A stretch of 64,000 nucleotides of DNA from Paraphysomonas bandaiensis (Eukaryota; Protista; Chrysophyceae), in the NCBI GenBank assembly GCA_965644295.1, contig CBFFRP010000035.1, positions 62,001-126,000 on the forward strand. The letters are read 5' to 3'. Shown piece after piece: positions 26,584-38,443 of the stretch. Positions within the stretch are counted from its first letter, which is position 1. Each line of letters begins with the position of its first letter. The position numbers were made by a program, and so were the translations under genes. The notes below the pieces were generated by a model, which was not told the DNA's origin, made no database searches, and saw only the letters and a list, made by a program, of their open reading frames with translations.

Positions 26584-27767
26584 ATGCTGCGATCCATACG
26601 TTATATTCATTCCGCTGGGACACGATCGGTGTACAGGAGCATGTCAGCGGAGGTCACTAATACTCAAGTTCGTCTCGCCAAGAGACCGGTGGGCCTCCCG
26701 ACCGCTGATAACTGGAGAATAGCAACTTCCACTGTCAAATTGGACGCCCCTTCCAACGGAATTATCGTCAAAGTGTCTGCACTAAGTCTGGACCCCGCTA
26801 TGAGGGGATGGTAAGTGTGTTGTGGTTGTGGATATGTTATAACATGTGTATTAAGGATGAATGATGCAAAGTCATATATTAGACCTGTTCAAATCGATGA
26901 AGTTTTTCGGGCAAACGGCGTGGGAACAGTCGTTGAGTCTAACTCTCCAGATTTTAAGGTGTGTGTCAAATGGTTGGACATACTCTACTCATTCTATTGT
27001 CTAAAAAGGTTGGGGACGAAGTTGCCGGTGGCTTTGGTGTTCAGCAGTATGCGGTATTAGATGCGAAAGAAGTATCTCGTGCAGCCATATCTAAGATAGA
27101 TCTTAGTAAGGGAACCCCTGAGCAGTGGCTAAATGTCCTCGGTATGCCAGGTATGACAGGCTACTTCGGCCTCAAACATGTCGGGCTTGCAAAGGCTGGC
27201 GAAACTATCGTTGTGTCTGCAGCTGCAGGAGCGGTAGGACAAACTGTAGGTCAATTAGCGAAAATATATGGACTCCGAGTCGTGGGTATTGCTGGGGGGC
27301 CCACGAAGTGCAACTGGGCAGTTAATGAACTTGGATATGACGCATGTATCGACTATAAATGTCCAAACACCACGGTCAAGGATGGCTTGAAGACCCACTG
27401 TCCGGATGGGGTTGATATATACTTTGATAATGTTGGTGGAGAAATTCTGGACACCGTATTGACGCGCATCAATAAGCGGGCGCGTATTGTTATCTGTGGT
27501 GCTATCAGTCAATACAACGCAACTTCTCCAATCCAAGGCCCTAAGAACTACCTTTCCCTTCTTGTTAATCGTGCTAGAATGGAAGGGATGGTAGTTTTTG
27601 ACTACGCACACCAGTATGCCGACGCGGTGCACGAGATGTCTGAGTACCTTGCGGATGGTAGAATGAAAAGTAAGGAGCATATCGAGGAAGGCATTGATAC
27701 GTTTCCAGATTCGTTAAATATATTATTTTCGGGGAAGAATTTTGGAAAGTTGGTCCTGAGAGTATAA
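26584..27767 (+). CDS. NADP-dependent oxidoreductase (MDR; prostaglandin reductase/CurA-like), 3 exons
   Basis: LAKRPVG, LSLDPAMRGW|MND, LGMPGMTGYFGL, VSAAAGAVG, VDIYFDNVGG, CGAISQYN, GKNFGK; introns near 26812-26855 and 26959-27008. Confidence 0.92.
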
Positions 27768-28139
27768 AAAGGCTTAACACTGTGTCGCGCATTTGAATGC
27801 ACGACTCGTCAAGGTTGAAAGACAGGCAATTTGTTTGAAATTTATCACTTTTGAAGAGATTGAAAGTAGCTTAGGGGGGTGTTTACCGTCTGTAGTAAAC
27901 TCTAGAAAAATGAAATGGCTTTATCTGTACCCTCGGTGAGGTGGAATATGATACTATACTCTGAATGAATAGTATTTTGTAGTAACTATAAGATTTCAAA
28001 GACTTAGACTATGGTTTGTCAATGACTACCCCGCTTTATAGTGTAATCAATAATTCATATTTATCAGATATATCACTTAATTAAGAAATATGAATTACAA
28101 TACAATATTGCAGAGCTAGAGCTTGAATGCAAATTTAAG

Positions 28140-28300
28140 CTTAGTAGTAGTTAAAAGTTAGAAGAATGTTGTGATGATTAGAGTGTAAAGTGATTAACAC
28201 AGTAATGTAGAAAAGTGAATAATAATGCAGAACATAACTATCATACAAAACGGAACAGTTAGAAGTATAACTGACAATGACGATGGTTATGATGTGACGT
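28140..28300 (-). mobile_element. Diverged solo-LTR remnant related to the copia LTR
   Basis: Reverse complement matches LTR segments CATCATAAC..GTCATT..CAGTTA.ACTTCTAACT.TTCCGTT and CACTCTAAT.ATCACAACATT; boundaries approximate. Confidence 0.7.
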
Positions 28301-28914
28301 AATAATATATCCTTATTCGTATGATCAGCCTTTCACCCTCATCATCAGATTCCGTTTGTTGCGTGAGCTTTCGCCTCGTCAGATAAACACATACATACAA
28401 AGATATAATCCCAGAACCTACATTGCAACCGACACCAACCCACCGACCACCAGATTGATGTATGTCTAACGCGATGGCCAATTGAATCTATGGGCATGAG
28501 CATGGTGCATCAGACACTGCAAAGATACCCCATCACACGTCCGAAAACCAGTGATTTGAAATTAATTTAGCTTTTTTCTCGCAGATCCATCAAAAACCCG
28601 CTTTTTTCTTCAATTTTTCTTTTTATATACAGCATGTCAGATTCATACAGCAGTGTAACGTCTGACGTCCGTTGGATGCAGCGTACTGTTGTACTGCTGT
28701 AGTATACACAGTACTGCACCGGAGATGCTGCTCTGTGTGCTGTGGGTTCATGTGCATGTATGCAGGAGTAGACTCACACTGTCTTGATTTGATGTGGGCA
28801 CTTTCCACAGTGAGGATTTAGCCACAAACAACATTCTAGATATCGATGAAGGTAGCTAGAGGCTACCCGAAAATGTAAACTGCAGTGTACTGTTGTTTGT
28901 AATATTCCCGAAAT

Positions 28915-30573
28915 ATGAAAAAGTCTTTTGGATTATGCGGCGTGTTCTCAACATACGAGAATGAATACATCACTCTATTGGCTCTAGCCTTAACCTGCCT
29001 ATCATGTCTCTTTTTTATGGTGGGTTTGATCGGAGCCAGTGAGAACAGATTTCGACTTCATGATGTTCACTGGGTGTTGGCGGAAGGGGAGTTTGATGGC
29101 AGATCAAGAGAAGTGTATTTTGGTCTCCTGAACTTCATGGTTGAAGGAGAACCTGTCATGGAGTATGATGACTGCAAGGACAGCACTGATTTATGTAAGG
29201 AATGTGTTGAAGCTGGTGGTGCAGCCACTGCAATGGTAACCTTGGGAGAGATATTGGCCGTATGCGCATTGATCGCAACGTACTATCGCTATTGGAATAA
29301 TGATGTGATGTTAAAAGCTGTCGGCAGCGTATCCGCTTTTTTTTCTTTTTTTTTCTGTGGTGTTGGCTGTATCGCGTTTGCCCCATGTAAAGATCAAGTG
29401 TATGAGGATATGAAGCATGCTGAGTGGGGCCTACCATATGTGCTTGTTCTGGTTGGGTGTTTATTCATGCTAAACGTCTTCTTTTTGCATCTTTTGCTCC
29501 GCACTGAAGATAAAGCGTATACTCCTCTTACTCCTCCTGCTGAGTCTGCAGCAGATAAAGAGAGAGCTGCTCTAGAGGAAGCGGAGCGCATGTCTCGTGA
29601 AGCGGAGGAGCTAGCTAGGCGTGAGGTAGAAGCGGCAGAGAGGGCGGCCAGGGAAGAGGCCGAGCGTGTGGCGAGGGAAGAGGCTGAGCGTGTGGCGAGG
29701 GAAGAGGCTGAGCGCGTGGCGAAAGAAGAGGCTGAGCGGATAGCGCGTGAGAAAGCCGAGAGAGAGGAAGCTGAACGAATTGCCAGTGAGAAGGCTGCTG
29801 AAGAGGCCACTCGACGTGAGCTAGAGAGACAAGCTAGCATGGCACAGGAAGAGGCGGAAAGGCGTGCGAGAGAACAAGCAGAAAGAGAGGAGGCAGATAG
29901 ACTTGCCAGAGAAAAAGCGGAGAGGGAAGAAGCGGAGAGACTTGCAAGAGAAAAAGCTGAGAGGGAGGAAGCAGAGAGACTTGCCAGAGAAAAAGCTGAG
30001 AGGGAGGAAGCAGAGAGACTTGCCAGAGAAAAAGCTGAGAGGGAGGAAGCAGAGAGACTTGCTAGAGAAAAGGCTGAGAGGGAAGAAGCAGAGCGATTAG
30101 CACGAGAGAAGGCAGAAAAGGAAGAAGCTGAGAGACTTGCACGCGAGGCCCAGGAAGCTGAAGCGGCGCGACTTGCGGAAATTGAGAAGATGAAGGAGAA
30201 GGCACGACAGGATCGCATTGCGGTCTTGAATCGTATCGAGGACACACTGCAGCAGGAGATCGGCTTCGTGAAGAACGATGCTCATCTCACGGAAGATGGC
30301 AAGCGTGTCTGCGATGAAGTAGCTGCCACTATCGTAGACTACCCTGAGCTAGTCATTCACATTGACAGCCACACCAGTTGTAAAGCGGGACACTGTAACA
30401 ATGGCTGCCGCCTCATGGACCTCTCTCAGCAGAGAGTGGAGGAGGTCATGCGCCATCTTATTGAAAAGGGATGCAGACAGAAATTTATCCCAAAGGGTTA
30501 TGGATGCAAACATCCTGAGCTAGGCGCTGTCCGCGCTGTTCGAATTTATCCTGAAGACCTTGAATACGACTGA
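28915..30573 (+). CDS. 4-TM (claudin/SUR7-like) protein + E/R/K single-alpha-helix repeat + C-terminal OmpA/MotB-like domain
   Basis: W..(YFGL)..C..C first loop and 4 hydrophobic helices; ([13 protein letters not shown])n; C-terminus [24 protein letters not shown]...G..KGYG. Confidence 0.75.
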   Translation: MKKSFGLCGVFSTYENEYITLLALALTCLSCLFFMVGLIGASENRFRLHDVHWVLAEGEFDGRSREVYFGLLNFMVEGEPVMEYDDCKDSTDLCKECVEAGGAATAMVTLGEILAVCALIATYYRYWNNDVMLKAVGSVSAFFSFFFCGVGCIAFAPCKDQVYEDMKHAEWGLPYVLVLVGCLFMLNVFFLHLLLRTEDKAYTPLTPPAESAADKERAALEEAERMSREAEELARREVEAAERAAREEAERVAREEAERVAREEAERVAKEEAERIAREKAEREEAERIASEKAAEEATRRELERQASMAQEEAERRAREQAEREEADRLAREKAEREEAERLAREKAEREEAERLAREKAEREEAERLAREKAEREEAERLAREKAEREEAERLAREKAEKEEAERLAREAQEAEAARLAEIEKMKEKARQDRIAVLNRIEDTLQQEIGFVKNDAHLTEDGKRVCDEVAATIVDYPELVIHIDSHTSCKAGHCNNGCRLMDLSQQRVEEVMRHLIEKGCRQKFIPKGYGCKHPELGAVRAVRIYPEDLEYD

Positions 30574-31129
30574 AAATGGGACTGGTTTTCGCAAGTTGTA
30601 TTTGTCCATTCACTATAAAATATGCTGAAGTGTAATGTACGAAAACATTGAATCGTACACAAGAAGTGTTTTTTGATCTTTCAGTGGTTTGCGCAATATT
30701 GACGCAACTGCTATAATTAATGGTCTTTGCTATTGTATCTATCTCACTTGTACGTAGCTATCGTTTCATTGCAAATAATAAAACACTTGGAGTTTTGAAG
30801 GTTTATCTATGAACCGTGTAGAAGCGTCTTTCATATATGTACCAATAATATAAACTATTCACGAGAATATTGATGTAACATATCTGTTTTTCATCCTGTG
30901 GTCTGTTCGCCTACAGAAGATGACAGTGCGTGTTATGTTTATTTGTTCATCCTACATGTAAATTATATGCATTATTATATTTAATGTGATATTGCTCGCA
31001 GTAGACGTATAAACCGTATAAACAAGGAGGTACTAAATTACTAAATTAAAATAATAAATTTTAAATACTAGTGCTAATAGTATTATTTTACTGTGAAGTG
31101 TGAAGCACTACAAGAACTATTTTTCGTCG

Positions 31130-31985
31130 ATGCAACCATTCTCGCTATCAATCGCTCAAAAGAAAAACCCAGTATGCTGATACCTGACATATGCCGGCTT
31201 CAGCATTTCTTTTCTTTAAGGTGAACAGCCCGGATGCTCGACTTCAGCAGGAAGTTGGCCCATTCCCGGATGCCTGTTTATTCGTGAAGGCCGAAAAATG
31301 TCTACACAAGTGACACTACTTTGAGTCATTGCACCTCAGAATCATTTTGCTATGAGTGGACAGAACGTTACGTGCTGTTTAGAAAAGGCAGTCGTGAAAA
31401 TTCAATGTGGCAATGAAGCCGCACTAACTCGGACGGAAAAGGATCAAATTAAAATATTTTTGCTCGATGAGGATGAAGAAGATGATGACAGTGAGAGTCT
31501 AGTTGAGAATGACGACGCAGCGCAACGTTTGACTGATGATAGCAGACAGCGGAAGCGAGCACGTCTTAACCAGCAAACTCGTTACCGCAGCATAAAACAC
31601 TTGCATGCCACAACCAATAAGGTTGAAAGGTTGTTCAGTAGAGCTAAGATTGCTATGACGGATTAGCGAAAGAGTATGGCTTCTCGGCATTTGGAGTTAC
31701 TGATGTTTTTACGCATGAACCGTCGCCTCTGGAATGAAAAGACAGTTGAGGTAGCTATATTGGCAGCTAATGTAGTTTAGTATAAAATAATTGAAATTAA
31801 TTACAATAATTGAAATTGAAGCAGCAAGTAATAATTGCAATTATAATTGACTACAACCTGCGTCAATTAATTGATACGCAGCCCTGTTGTTTACCAATGC
31901 GGCTTACGTTAGTTTCCCATTTCCCAGAGATATTCTCTCCAGTACTTATCCCCTAAAACACCACGAAAAGGTGCGACTCCGAGGG
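31130..31985 (-). mobile_element. Helitron-like repeat copy C, interrupted by a hAT remnant
   Basis: Repeat homology runs 31130-31378 and resumes at ~31897 (ATGCGGCTTACGTTAGTTTCC). Confidence 0.65.
31379..31886 (+). mobile_element. hAT DNA transposon 3' remnant (C-terminal dimerisation motif with in-frame stop; terminal CAGCCCTG)
   Basis: ATTNKVERLFSRAKIAMTD*RKSMASRHLELLMFLRMNRRLW is the hAT C-terminal motif. AATT-rich subterminal repeats; end CAGCCCTG (31879-31886) is the reverse complement of CAGGGCTG. Confidence 0.8.
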
Positions 31986-32705
31986 CATGTTAGAATTGGA
32001 CATTTCACTGAAGTTAACTTTGCTCTTTACGCATGAACCGTCGCCTTTGCAATGAAATGACAGTTGAGGTAGCTATACTGGCAGCTAATGTAATTTAGTA
32101 CTAAATAATTGCAGTTAATTACAATAATTGAAATTGAGACAGCATGTTAGAATTGGACATTTCACTGAAGTTAACTTTGATCTACACGTAAACCTTAACC
32201 TTGCTATGTTGAACACAATGCACTTTCAAGTAATTATTATTCTGAACACTTCTCTACATATTCGTGTAACATCTGATGAAAACATCTGTACTCATCATCT
32301 GTTTATCATATGTACGTCAGCAATTCTATATCTTGTATAGTCACACATCAGTAACTGAATTTAATTCCTTTGTACCTATAATCACCCGCTACACCTATGA
32401 GTTGACTTCCATCTATTGCACACGATTAACTCACTTCAATTGCACACTATATATCACATCATATAGCAGAACTCAACAGTGCATATAAAAACTACTAATT
32501 TCATTGTATACTTATTTAATTCACATATATGATACACTTCAGGGTTAGCTCTGGTTTCAATGTGCACTGGGAAATATTATTGACTGATATACTCCTGCAA
32601 TCGAATCGCTTTCAAAATGAAATGAGGTCGGATACTTCATTACACAACACCACCAGGAATAACTCAAACAAAATACAAAATTCCTGAAAAAACAACATAA
32701 TTATT

Positions 32706-32972
32706 TATTAGGATTCAGCTTAATACATGATTGTATCTGTGAGTTATAATGTTCAATGAAATACACCATGAACTGAATTAGAGAGAGTATCTGTCGAAGA
32801 TACGTGATCGTCATCATAACGTCGTCATTATCAGTTACACTTCTAACTATTCCGTTGTGCATGATAGTACGTCCTATATTGTTATTCATAATTTTTTCAC
32901 TCTATCGTGTTCATTACTTACACTCTAATAATCACAACATTGTTTTACTATTATAAAGATCAATTCTTTATT
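32706..32972 (+). repeat. 5' LTR
   Basis: Direct repeat of 38177-38443; followed immediately by the PBS. Confidence 0.95.
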
Positions 32973-32982
32973 TGGTAGCGAG

Positions 32983-35900
32983 ATGTCAGTTAAAGTTACA
33001 AGTTACGACTCAACCGACTCGGATTCGACAACCGACAAGCGAAAGGACTCAATGCCAAAGTTCGATGCGAAGAACTTCTCCAGGTGGCAGAAGAAGTGCC
33101 GTGCATGGTTCTATCGCAAGCCTAAAATCGTTTATACTCTACAGAACGATCACCCAATTGAGCCTGAAGCAGGAGAAAACTCAGATGACGAGGACTACCA
33201 GTATCGACTCGAACAGTACCAGGATGCGAAACGATATTATGATGAGGGTAATAACTACCTATGGTCAGTCATTGCAAGCTCTATCATTGGTCAGAATGAA
33301 GAGGCTGAGGGGATTTTGGAGAACGTCCCCGATGGAGACGGTAAAACCGCCTGGACGGACTTGCTCAACCATTTCAAAGAAAAAACGACTAACGACGTCA
33401 TCACTGATCTGATTGGCCAGTTTCAGAGCATAAAAATCAAAAAAGGTCAGTCGATAATCAACTTTCTTGACGCTGTCGAAAAGCTCCGAAACAAGCTGAT
33501 TAATTATGGTCATCGGATAAGTGACCAAGATCTCATCTCACGCATTCGACAAGGCCTGGTATCCAAAGAAAATATGACGTATCGTGAACTGGCGATCAAC
33601 CTGCAGATGCACCCTATCGATGACTACAAAACACTCATACGCAGACTACGCGGATTAGGAAGCTCGTCTGTTGGAATGCTCTTGTCAAGCAACGAAGAAA
33701 CAAAAACCGACAGTATTCAGCTTGCAGCCTCAAAACCCCCATTTTTCAAAAGTAAAGTGAATTCCAAGCGCAAAAAGGGGACATCTTTCAGAAACCGTTC
33801 CAATAAACCGAAACATGACAAGAGAACTGACAAGGACATTAAGTGTTTCCGATGCGATGGAAAAGGACACATCGCTTCAGAATGCAAACACTCATGGGAA
33901 AGGATCCAACAAATGAAGAGTTCCTCTGGAAACAAATCAACCAGTAGGAAATTCAAAAAAGTTAGATTCCAGACCCACCAGAGCACTGAAAACGACGAAT
34001 CCGACCAGTTTGCAGATTATGAAGACAGTGGTCCATTGCAACAGAAAGGACGAGACTTCGGAGGAGTCGGATATCCAACAAACGACGAAACGAACTTCGT
34101 TTTTGATCAAGAAGCCGGAATGGGGACCCTTGATTCTGGCTGCACAGTCTCCATCACACCTGAAGCCGGATACATCACCAATTATGAGGAATGCCTCACC
34201 GACATTCAAACAGCTAAGTCAGGATCGACTATGACCTCTTCAGGACATGGAAGACTTGGTATTATCCCCAAGTGCAAGCACGTGGAACATGCTTCGAGGA
34301 CACTCGTGTCCATCAGCCAATTAGATGACCTAGGGTATAAAATCTTGTTTGGAAACCAATCAGTTGAGATATATAAAGATGAAATACTGCTATCAAAGGG
34401 TAAGAGAGTTGGAGGCCTATATGAAATTCCGTTAACAGACCTCGGTACTCCTATTGACGAATCCCACCTTGCTTCAACCGCTTCAGGCCCACTCGCAACT
34501 CTAGCACATAAGAGATTGGCACATTCTTCAATTGGACTCATACAGAAAGCTGTACAGTCAAAATTAGTAACGGGTATTAAGTTAACGAAGTCGGAGATGA
34601 ATGCTACTTCTTTACCGGGTGGCCTATGTGATGGTTGTGCTAGTGGTAAATCTCATCGCCGAAAACATAGACACGCTATCAGACAAATGCTGCTCAAGCG
34701 TGTAAGAAGAGCGAATGAGCTGGGGGAGCTAGTAGTAGCCGATTTTTCTGGACCCCATGCACCAGAGGCAATCATTACTGGCAACCGTTACATACTCGGG
34801 ATGACAGATGTAGCTTCCAGACACCAATGGGACTCCTACGGACCAACGAGAGATGAAGATTTCGTCATCCAATCCATCCAGAAAGTTGTCATGTATCTAC
34901 GTAGTAAAGGGAAACGACTACAACATTATCATGCGGATGGCGGGAAGGAACTCGTATCAAGAAAAGTTCTAGAGTATCTTCAATCAATAGGGGCTACATG
35001 GACTTTCAACTCCCCGTATACCCCCGAGGATAACCCATTCCAGGAGCGATCATGGCGGACAACAAAAGAACGAGCACTCAGCAGCCTTATCGACTCTGGA
35101 CTCCCACCGAATTTCTGGGAACAAGCCTCAAGGGCGACAATACACATCAAGAACAGGTTACCGTGTCAAACAGCTAAAGGATTTATGTCTCCACTTCAGT
35201 TTATCGAAAACGAAATACCAGACTTGAGTTATGCCAGAATATGGGGATGTAAATGCTTTGTGAATATCGATTCCAGTCTCCGAAAGAACAATTGGGACAG
35301 ACATAGCTGGCCTGGGTATTTTATGGGCTATCGAGAGGATGGTCCTGGATATATAGTCTTTGTTCCCGCATTAAGAGATTTTGTTATGTCAGGACATGTA
35401 TTTTTCAACGAATGTGTTCCACCAGCGGATAAGAGATATTTTAAGGAGATAAATGAGATCTTCAGAGAGAATGAGACCTCCAGGACAGTAGAAAGTTTCA
35501 AATATCTCATAGGTCTAGCTCATGTAGATCCAGACGATGGATTAACATATGTAACGACTCAAATAAAGCTCAGAAAAGGATTAATCGCAGCGTATCGTGG
35601 TCTAGTCGATGACAGTGGTGACAAGACACGACTCATCCAGCTCGACGACCCCATTCATGCTGCAGACGTCGAAAAGTACACTGAAGAATACATAGAACTC
35701 AAAGCAGTTGGTCTCAAATGTATTACGTCTCGATCGAAAACCCCAATACATAAATCCAGCAAATCAGATCAAAACCCCGATACAGTTATTGGATCTCCAG
35801 CGCCAGCCGCTACTTCCAGGGGGAGTGGCGAGAATCTCAGACATCATGATGCCGCGCAGGAGAGAATCAGCAGCCATCGGTGTGAACCTACCCACTCCGA

Positions 35901-37977
35901 TGCAAAGATAGCGAAGACTCGCCCTCCGAAACAATTCAATGGGAACCTAGTGCCGAATCCGGCACCACACGGTCAAGTGGATCGTGTGCACCAGCGTATG
36001 GCCAAACGCGGTAACAAGTCTGCTGATTCATCGGGAGATTGGGAAAATCAGGGTACACCTGAAGGGCCAAGTAAGGTCCGTGCTACAGCAAAACAACAAT
36101 TTTTAGCTGGTAGAAAGAGTGTTCTCCGAAGCAGGAGAATGGCCAGGAAACGGGTAATTGTAAATATACATAAACTTGGTGATGGTGTATATACATGTGA
36201 TGTAAATGCTAAACATGTATTAAATCATATGGCACATGACACACAATGTATATCAAAATTACATACAAACAATATTGATATTGTTATGCATGCTATCAGT
36301 AATTGCGATGACATTGACGAGCTAACCGATACACCAAAGAGTGTTCAAGATGCTATTTCAGGTAAATATAAACAGCAGTGGATCGATGCCATCAATAGAG
36401 AAATATCCACTCTTCAGAGGAAAGGATGCTGGAGATACACTGCGTTACCACCTGGAGCAAGAGCCATAAAGGGGAAACTCATATTCAAAATAAAAAGAAA
36501 ACAGAATGATATCAAATTCAAGGCTCGACTAGTCGCACAGGGTTTTACTCAAATCCAAGGCATCGATTATAATGATACATACAGCCCCGTCGCGAAGGCT
36601 ACATCACTACGTACAATTATTGCCCTTTCGACTATTATGAAACTCAAATTGCACCAAATCGATTTCACAACTGCGTACATCAATGCTGACCTCGAAGAGG
36701 ACATATACATGCATCCCCCTCCTGGCATGGACGTCCCTGACGGAAAAGTCCTCAAACTGATGAAAAGCATCTATGGTCTAAAGCAAGCAGGTCTTAACTG
36801 GTATAAGTGCTGTACAAATTTTATGCTAGATATGGGTTTCACCAGACTAATATCTGACCCGTGTATATTCAAAAAGCAGATTAATGGCAGGATTATGCTA
36901 ATAGCCATGTATGTGGATGATATTATTATAGCATCTACATCCGACACTGATATCCAACAATTCAAAGACCATTTATCCAAAAAGTTCGAAATTACGGATC
37001 TCGGACTCCTAGATTATTACTTGGGCATCTCCATTCATCAAGATTTTGACAAAAATATCACGACTCTCAGTCAGGAGCAGTATGTCAGAAAACTACTGGA
37101 CAAATTCAATATGTCCAACTGTAAACCCATGTCAACACCTATGTTACTGTCTTTCAACTATGATTTACATGAATACAATCATCTTTCAGAGTCAAATCAA
37201 AGTTATGTTCAGAATTTCCCCTACAAGGAGCTCATAGGTTCCCTAATGTATCTAGCTGTATGCACTCGACCGGATATCGCCTACGCAGTCAATACTCTTG
37301 CCAGATTTTCTGATATGCCTAATCTAACTACCTGTAATGCTGCGTTACATGTTCTTAGGTATCTCAAAGGCACTGCTAAGCAAGGATTGATATATTCTGG
37401 ATCCCACATAACATTGTCAGGATACTGCGATAGCGATTGGGCACGATGTCACCTCACTCGACGGTCCACTACAGCTTTTACATTCTTCATAGGTAATTGT
37501 CTTATATCATGGCAATCTCGATTACAGACAACTGTGGCATTGTCATCTACTGAAGCTGAGTATATGGCTCTATCGTCAGCAGCTCAGGAAGCATTATGGC
37601 TACGCTCTTTATTATCAGAAATTGGTTTCAAACTTCCATTCTCAACAACTATTTGGTGCGATAATAAAGGGGCAGTCCAATTATGTTACAATCCTACTCA
37701 TCATCGTCGTACGAAACATATTGCGATACGGTATCATTTCATTCGAGAAAATATTGCCGAAAACCAATTGACTGTTGACCATATTCCCACCACGTCAATG
37801 TTAGCCGATCTTCTCACGAAACCACTAGGAGCAACTAATTTTCTTCAATTGCGAACTACATTGATGGGGGGAGCTGGGTTCGACATCCCATCCAGCAGCA
37901 ACAGGAAGCGATCAACAACCTCAGAGACACCTAAATCACAATTAACAAGCCACAAGCGACCTAGGTGGCTAGTTTGA
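32983..37977 (+). CDS. Copia gag-pol polyprotein (GAG-PR-IN-RT-RH), 1664 aa
   Basis: CCHC knuckle CFRCDGKGHIASEC; protease LDSGCT; HKRLAH..CDGC; integrase D-D-E (ADFSGP, HADGG, QERSW); RT KARLVAQGFTQ, YGLKQAG, YVDD; RNase H DSDWA, TEAEY, DN, ADLLTK. Confidence 0.97.
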   Translation: MSVKVTSYDSTDSDSTTDKRKDSMPKFDAKNFSRWQKKCRAWFYRKPKIVYTLQNDHPIEPEAGENSDDEDYQYRLEQYQDAKRYYDEGNNYLWSVIASSIIGQNEEAEGILENVPDGDGKTAWTDLLNHFKEKTTNDVITDLIGQFQSIKIKKGQSIINFLDAVEKLRNKLINYGHRISDQDLISRIRQGLVSKENMTYRELAINLQMHPIDDYKTLIRRLRGLGSSSVGMLLSSNEETKTDSIQLAASKPPFFKSKVNSKRKKGTSFRNRSNKPKHDKRTDKDIKCFRCDGKGHIASECKHSWERIQQMKSSSGNKSTSRKFKKVRFQTHQSTENDESDQFADYEDSGPLQQKGRDFGGVGYPTNDETNFVFDQEAGMGTLDSGCTVSITPEAGYITNYEECLTDIQTAKSGSTMTSSGHGRLGIIPKCKHVEHASRTLVSISQLDDLGYKILFGNQSVEIYKDEILLSKGKRVGGLYEIPLTDLGTPIDESHLASTASGPLATLAHKRLAHSSIGLIQKAVQSKLVTGIKLTKSEMNATSLPGGLCDGCASGKSHRRKHRHAIRQMLLKRVRRANELGELVVADFSGPHAPEAIITGNRYILGMTDVASRHQWDSYGPTRDEDFVIQSIQKVVMYLRSKGKRLQHYHADGGKELVSRKVLEYLQSIGATWTFNSPYTPEDNPFQERSWRTTKERALSSLIDSGLPPNFWEQASRATIHIKNRLPCQTAKGFMSPLQFIENEIPDLSYARIWGCKCFVNIDSSLRKNNWDRHSWPGYFMGYREDGPGYIVFVPALRDFVMSGHVFFNECVPPADKRYFKEINEIFRENETSRTVESFKYLIGLAHVDPDDGLTYVTTQIKLRKGLIAAYRGLVDDSGDKTRLIQLDDPIHAADVEKYTEEYIELKAVGLKCITSRSKTPIHKSSKSDQNPDTVIGSPAPAATSRGSGENLRHHDAAQERISSHRCEPTHSDAKIAKTRPPKQFNGNLVPNPAPHGQVDRVHQRMAKRGNKSADSSGDWENQGTPEGPSKVRATAKQQFLAGRKSVLRSRRMARKRVIVNIHKLGDGVYTCDVNAKHVLNHMAHDTQCISKLHTNNIDIVMHAISNCDDIDELTDTPKSVQDAISGKYKQQWIDAINREISTLQRKGCWRYTALPPGARAIKGKLIFKIKRKQNDIKFKARLVAQGFTQIQGIDYNDTYSPVAKATSLRTIIALSTIMKLKLHQIDFTTAYINADLEEDIYMHPPPGMDVPDGKVLKLMKSIYGLKQAGLNWYKCCTNFMLDMGFTRLISDPCIFKKQINGRIMLIAMYVDDIIIASTSDTDIQQFKDHLSKKFEITDLGLLDYYLGISIHQDFDKNITTLSQEQYVRKLLDKFNMSNCKPMSTPMLLSFNYDLHEYNHLSESNQSYVQNFPYKELIGSLMYLAVCTRPDIAYAVNTLARFSDMPNLTTCNAALHVLRYLKGTAKQGLIYSGSHITLSGYCDSDWARCHLTRRSTTAFTFFIGNCLISWQSRLQTTVALSSTEAEYMALSSAAQEALWLRSLLSEIGFKLPFSTTIWCDNKGAVQLCYNPTHHRRTKHIAIRYHFIRENIAENQLTVDHIPTTSMLADLLTKPLGATNFLQLRTTLMGGAGFDIPSSSNRKRSTTSETPKSQLTSHKRPRWLV

Positions 37978-38176
37978 GTTACACGGAGTTTTTACCATTT
38001 TTTTTACTTTTATTCAATACATGATGCTGGACTAGAAGGATGGTCTCACAATATGGCATCTCTGCAGTTCGCTTATTATTGTCTAGTGACTGCTACTCTG
38101 GTTTTTACTCTCAGTGTGCATAAGTTCATATTCTCTCTATTATCTACGGTTCACTGATTATTTCATTGAGGGGGCG

Positions 38177-38443
38177 TATTAGGATTCAGCTTAATACATG
38201 ATTGTATCTGTGAGTTATAATGTTCAATGAAATACACCATGAACTGAATTAGAGAGAGTATCTGTCGAAGATACGTGATCGTCATCATAACGTCGTCATT
38301 ATCAGTTACACTTCTAACTATTCCGTTGTGCATGATAGTACGTCCTATATTGTTATTCATAATTTTTTCACTCTATCGTGTTCATTACTTACACTCTAAT
38401 AATCACAACATTGCTTTACTATTATAAAGATCAATTCTTTATT
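38177..38443 (+). repeat. 3' LTR
   Basis: Preceded by the PPT; followed by TSD TTATT. Confidence 0.95.

Larger units (their letters stand above)
32706..38443 (+). mobile_element. Intact Ty1/copia LTR retrotransposon
   Basis: 267-bp LTRs at 32706-32972 and 38177-38443 (one mismatch seen); 5-bp TSD TTATT (32701-32705, 38444-38448); PBS TGGTAGCGAG 32973-32982; PPT GAGGGGGCG 38168-38176; single gag-pol ORF. Confidence 0.97.

Noticed and set aside
29394-30245. 283-aa Ser/Ala/Leu-rich minus-strand ORF
   Set aside because: Antisense shadow of the E/R/K repeat coding region.
32701-32889. 62-65-aa minus-strand ORFs duplicated at 38163-38360
   Set aside because: They lie within the LTRs, so the duplication reflects LTR identity, not a gene.
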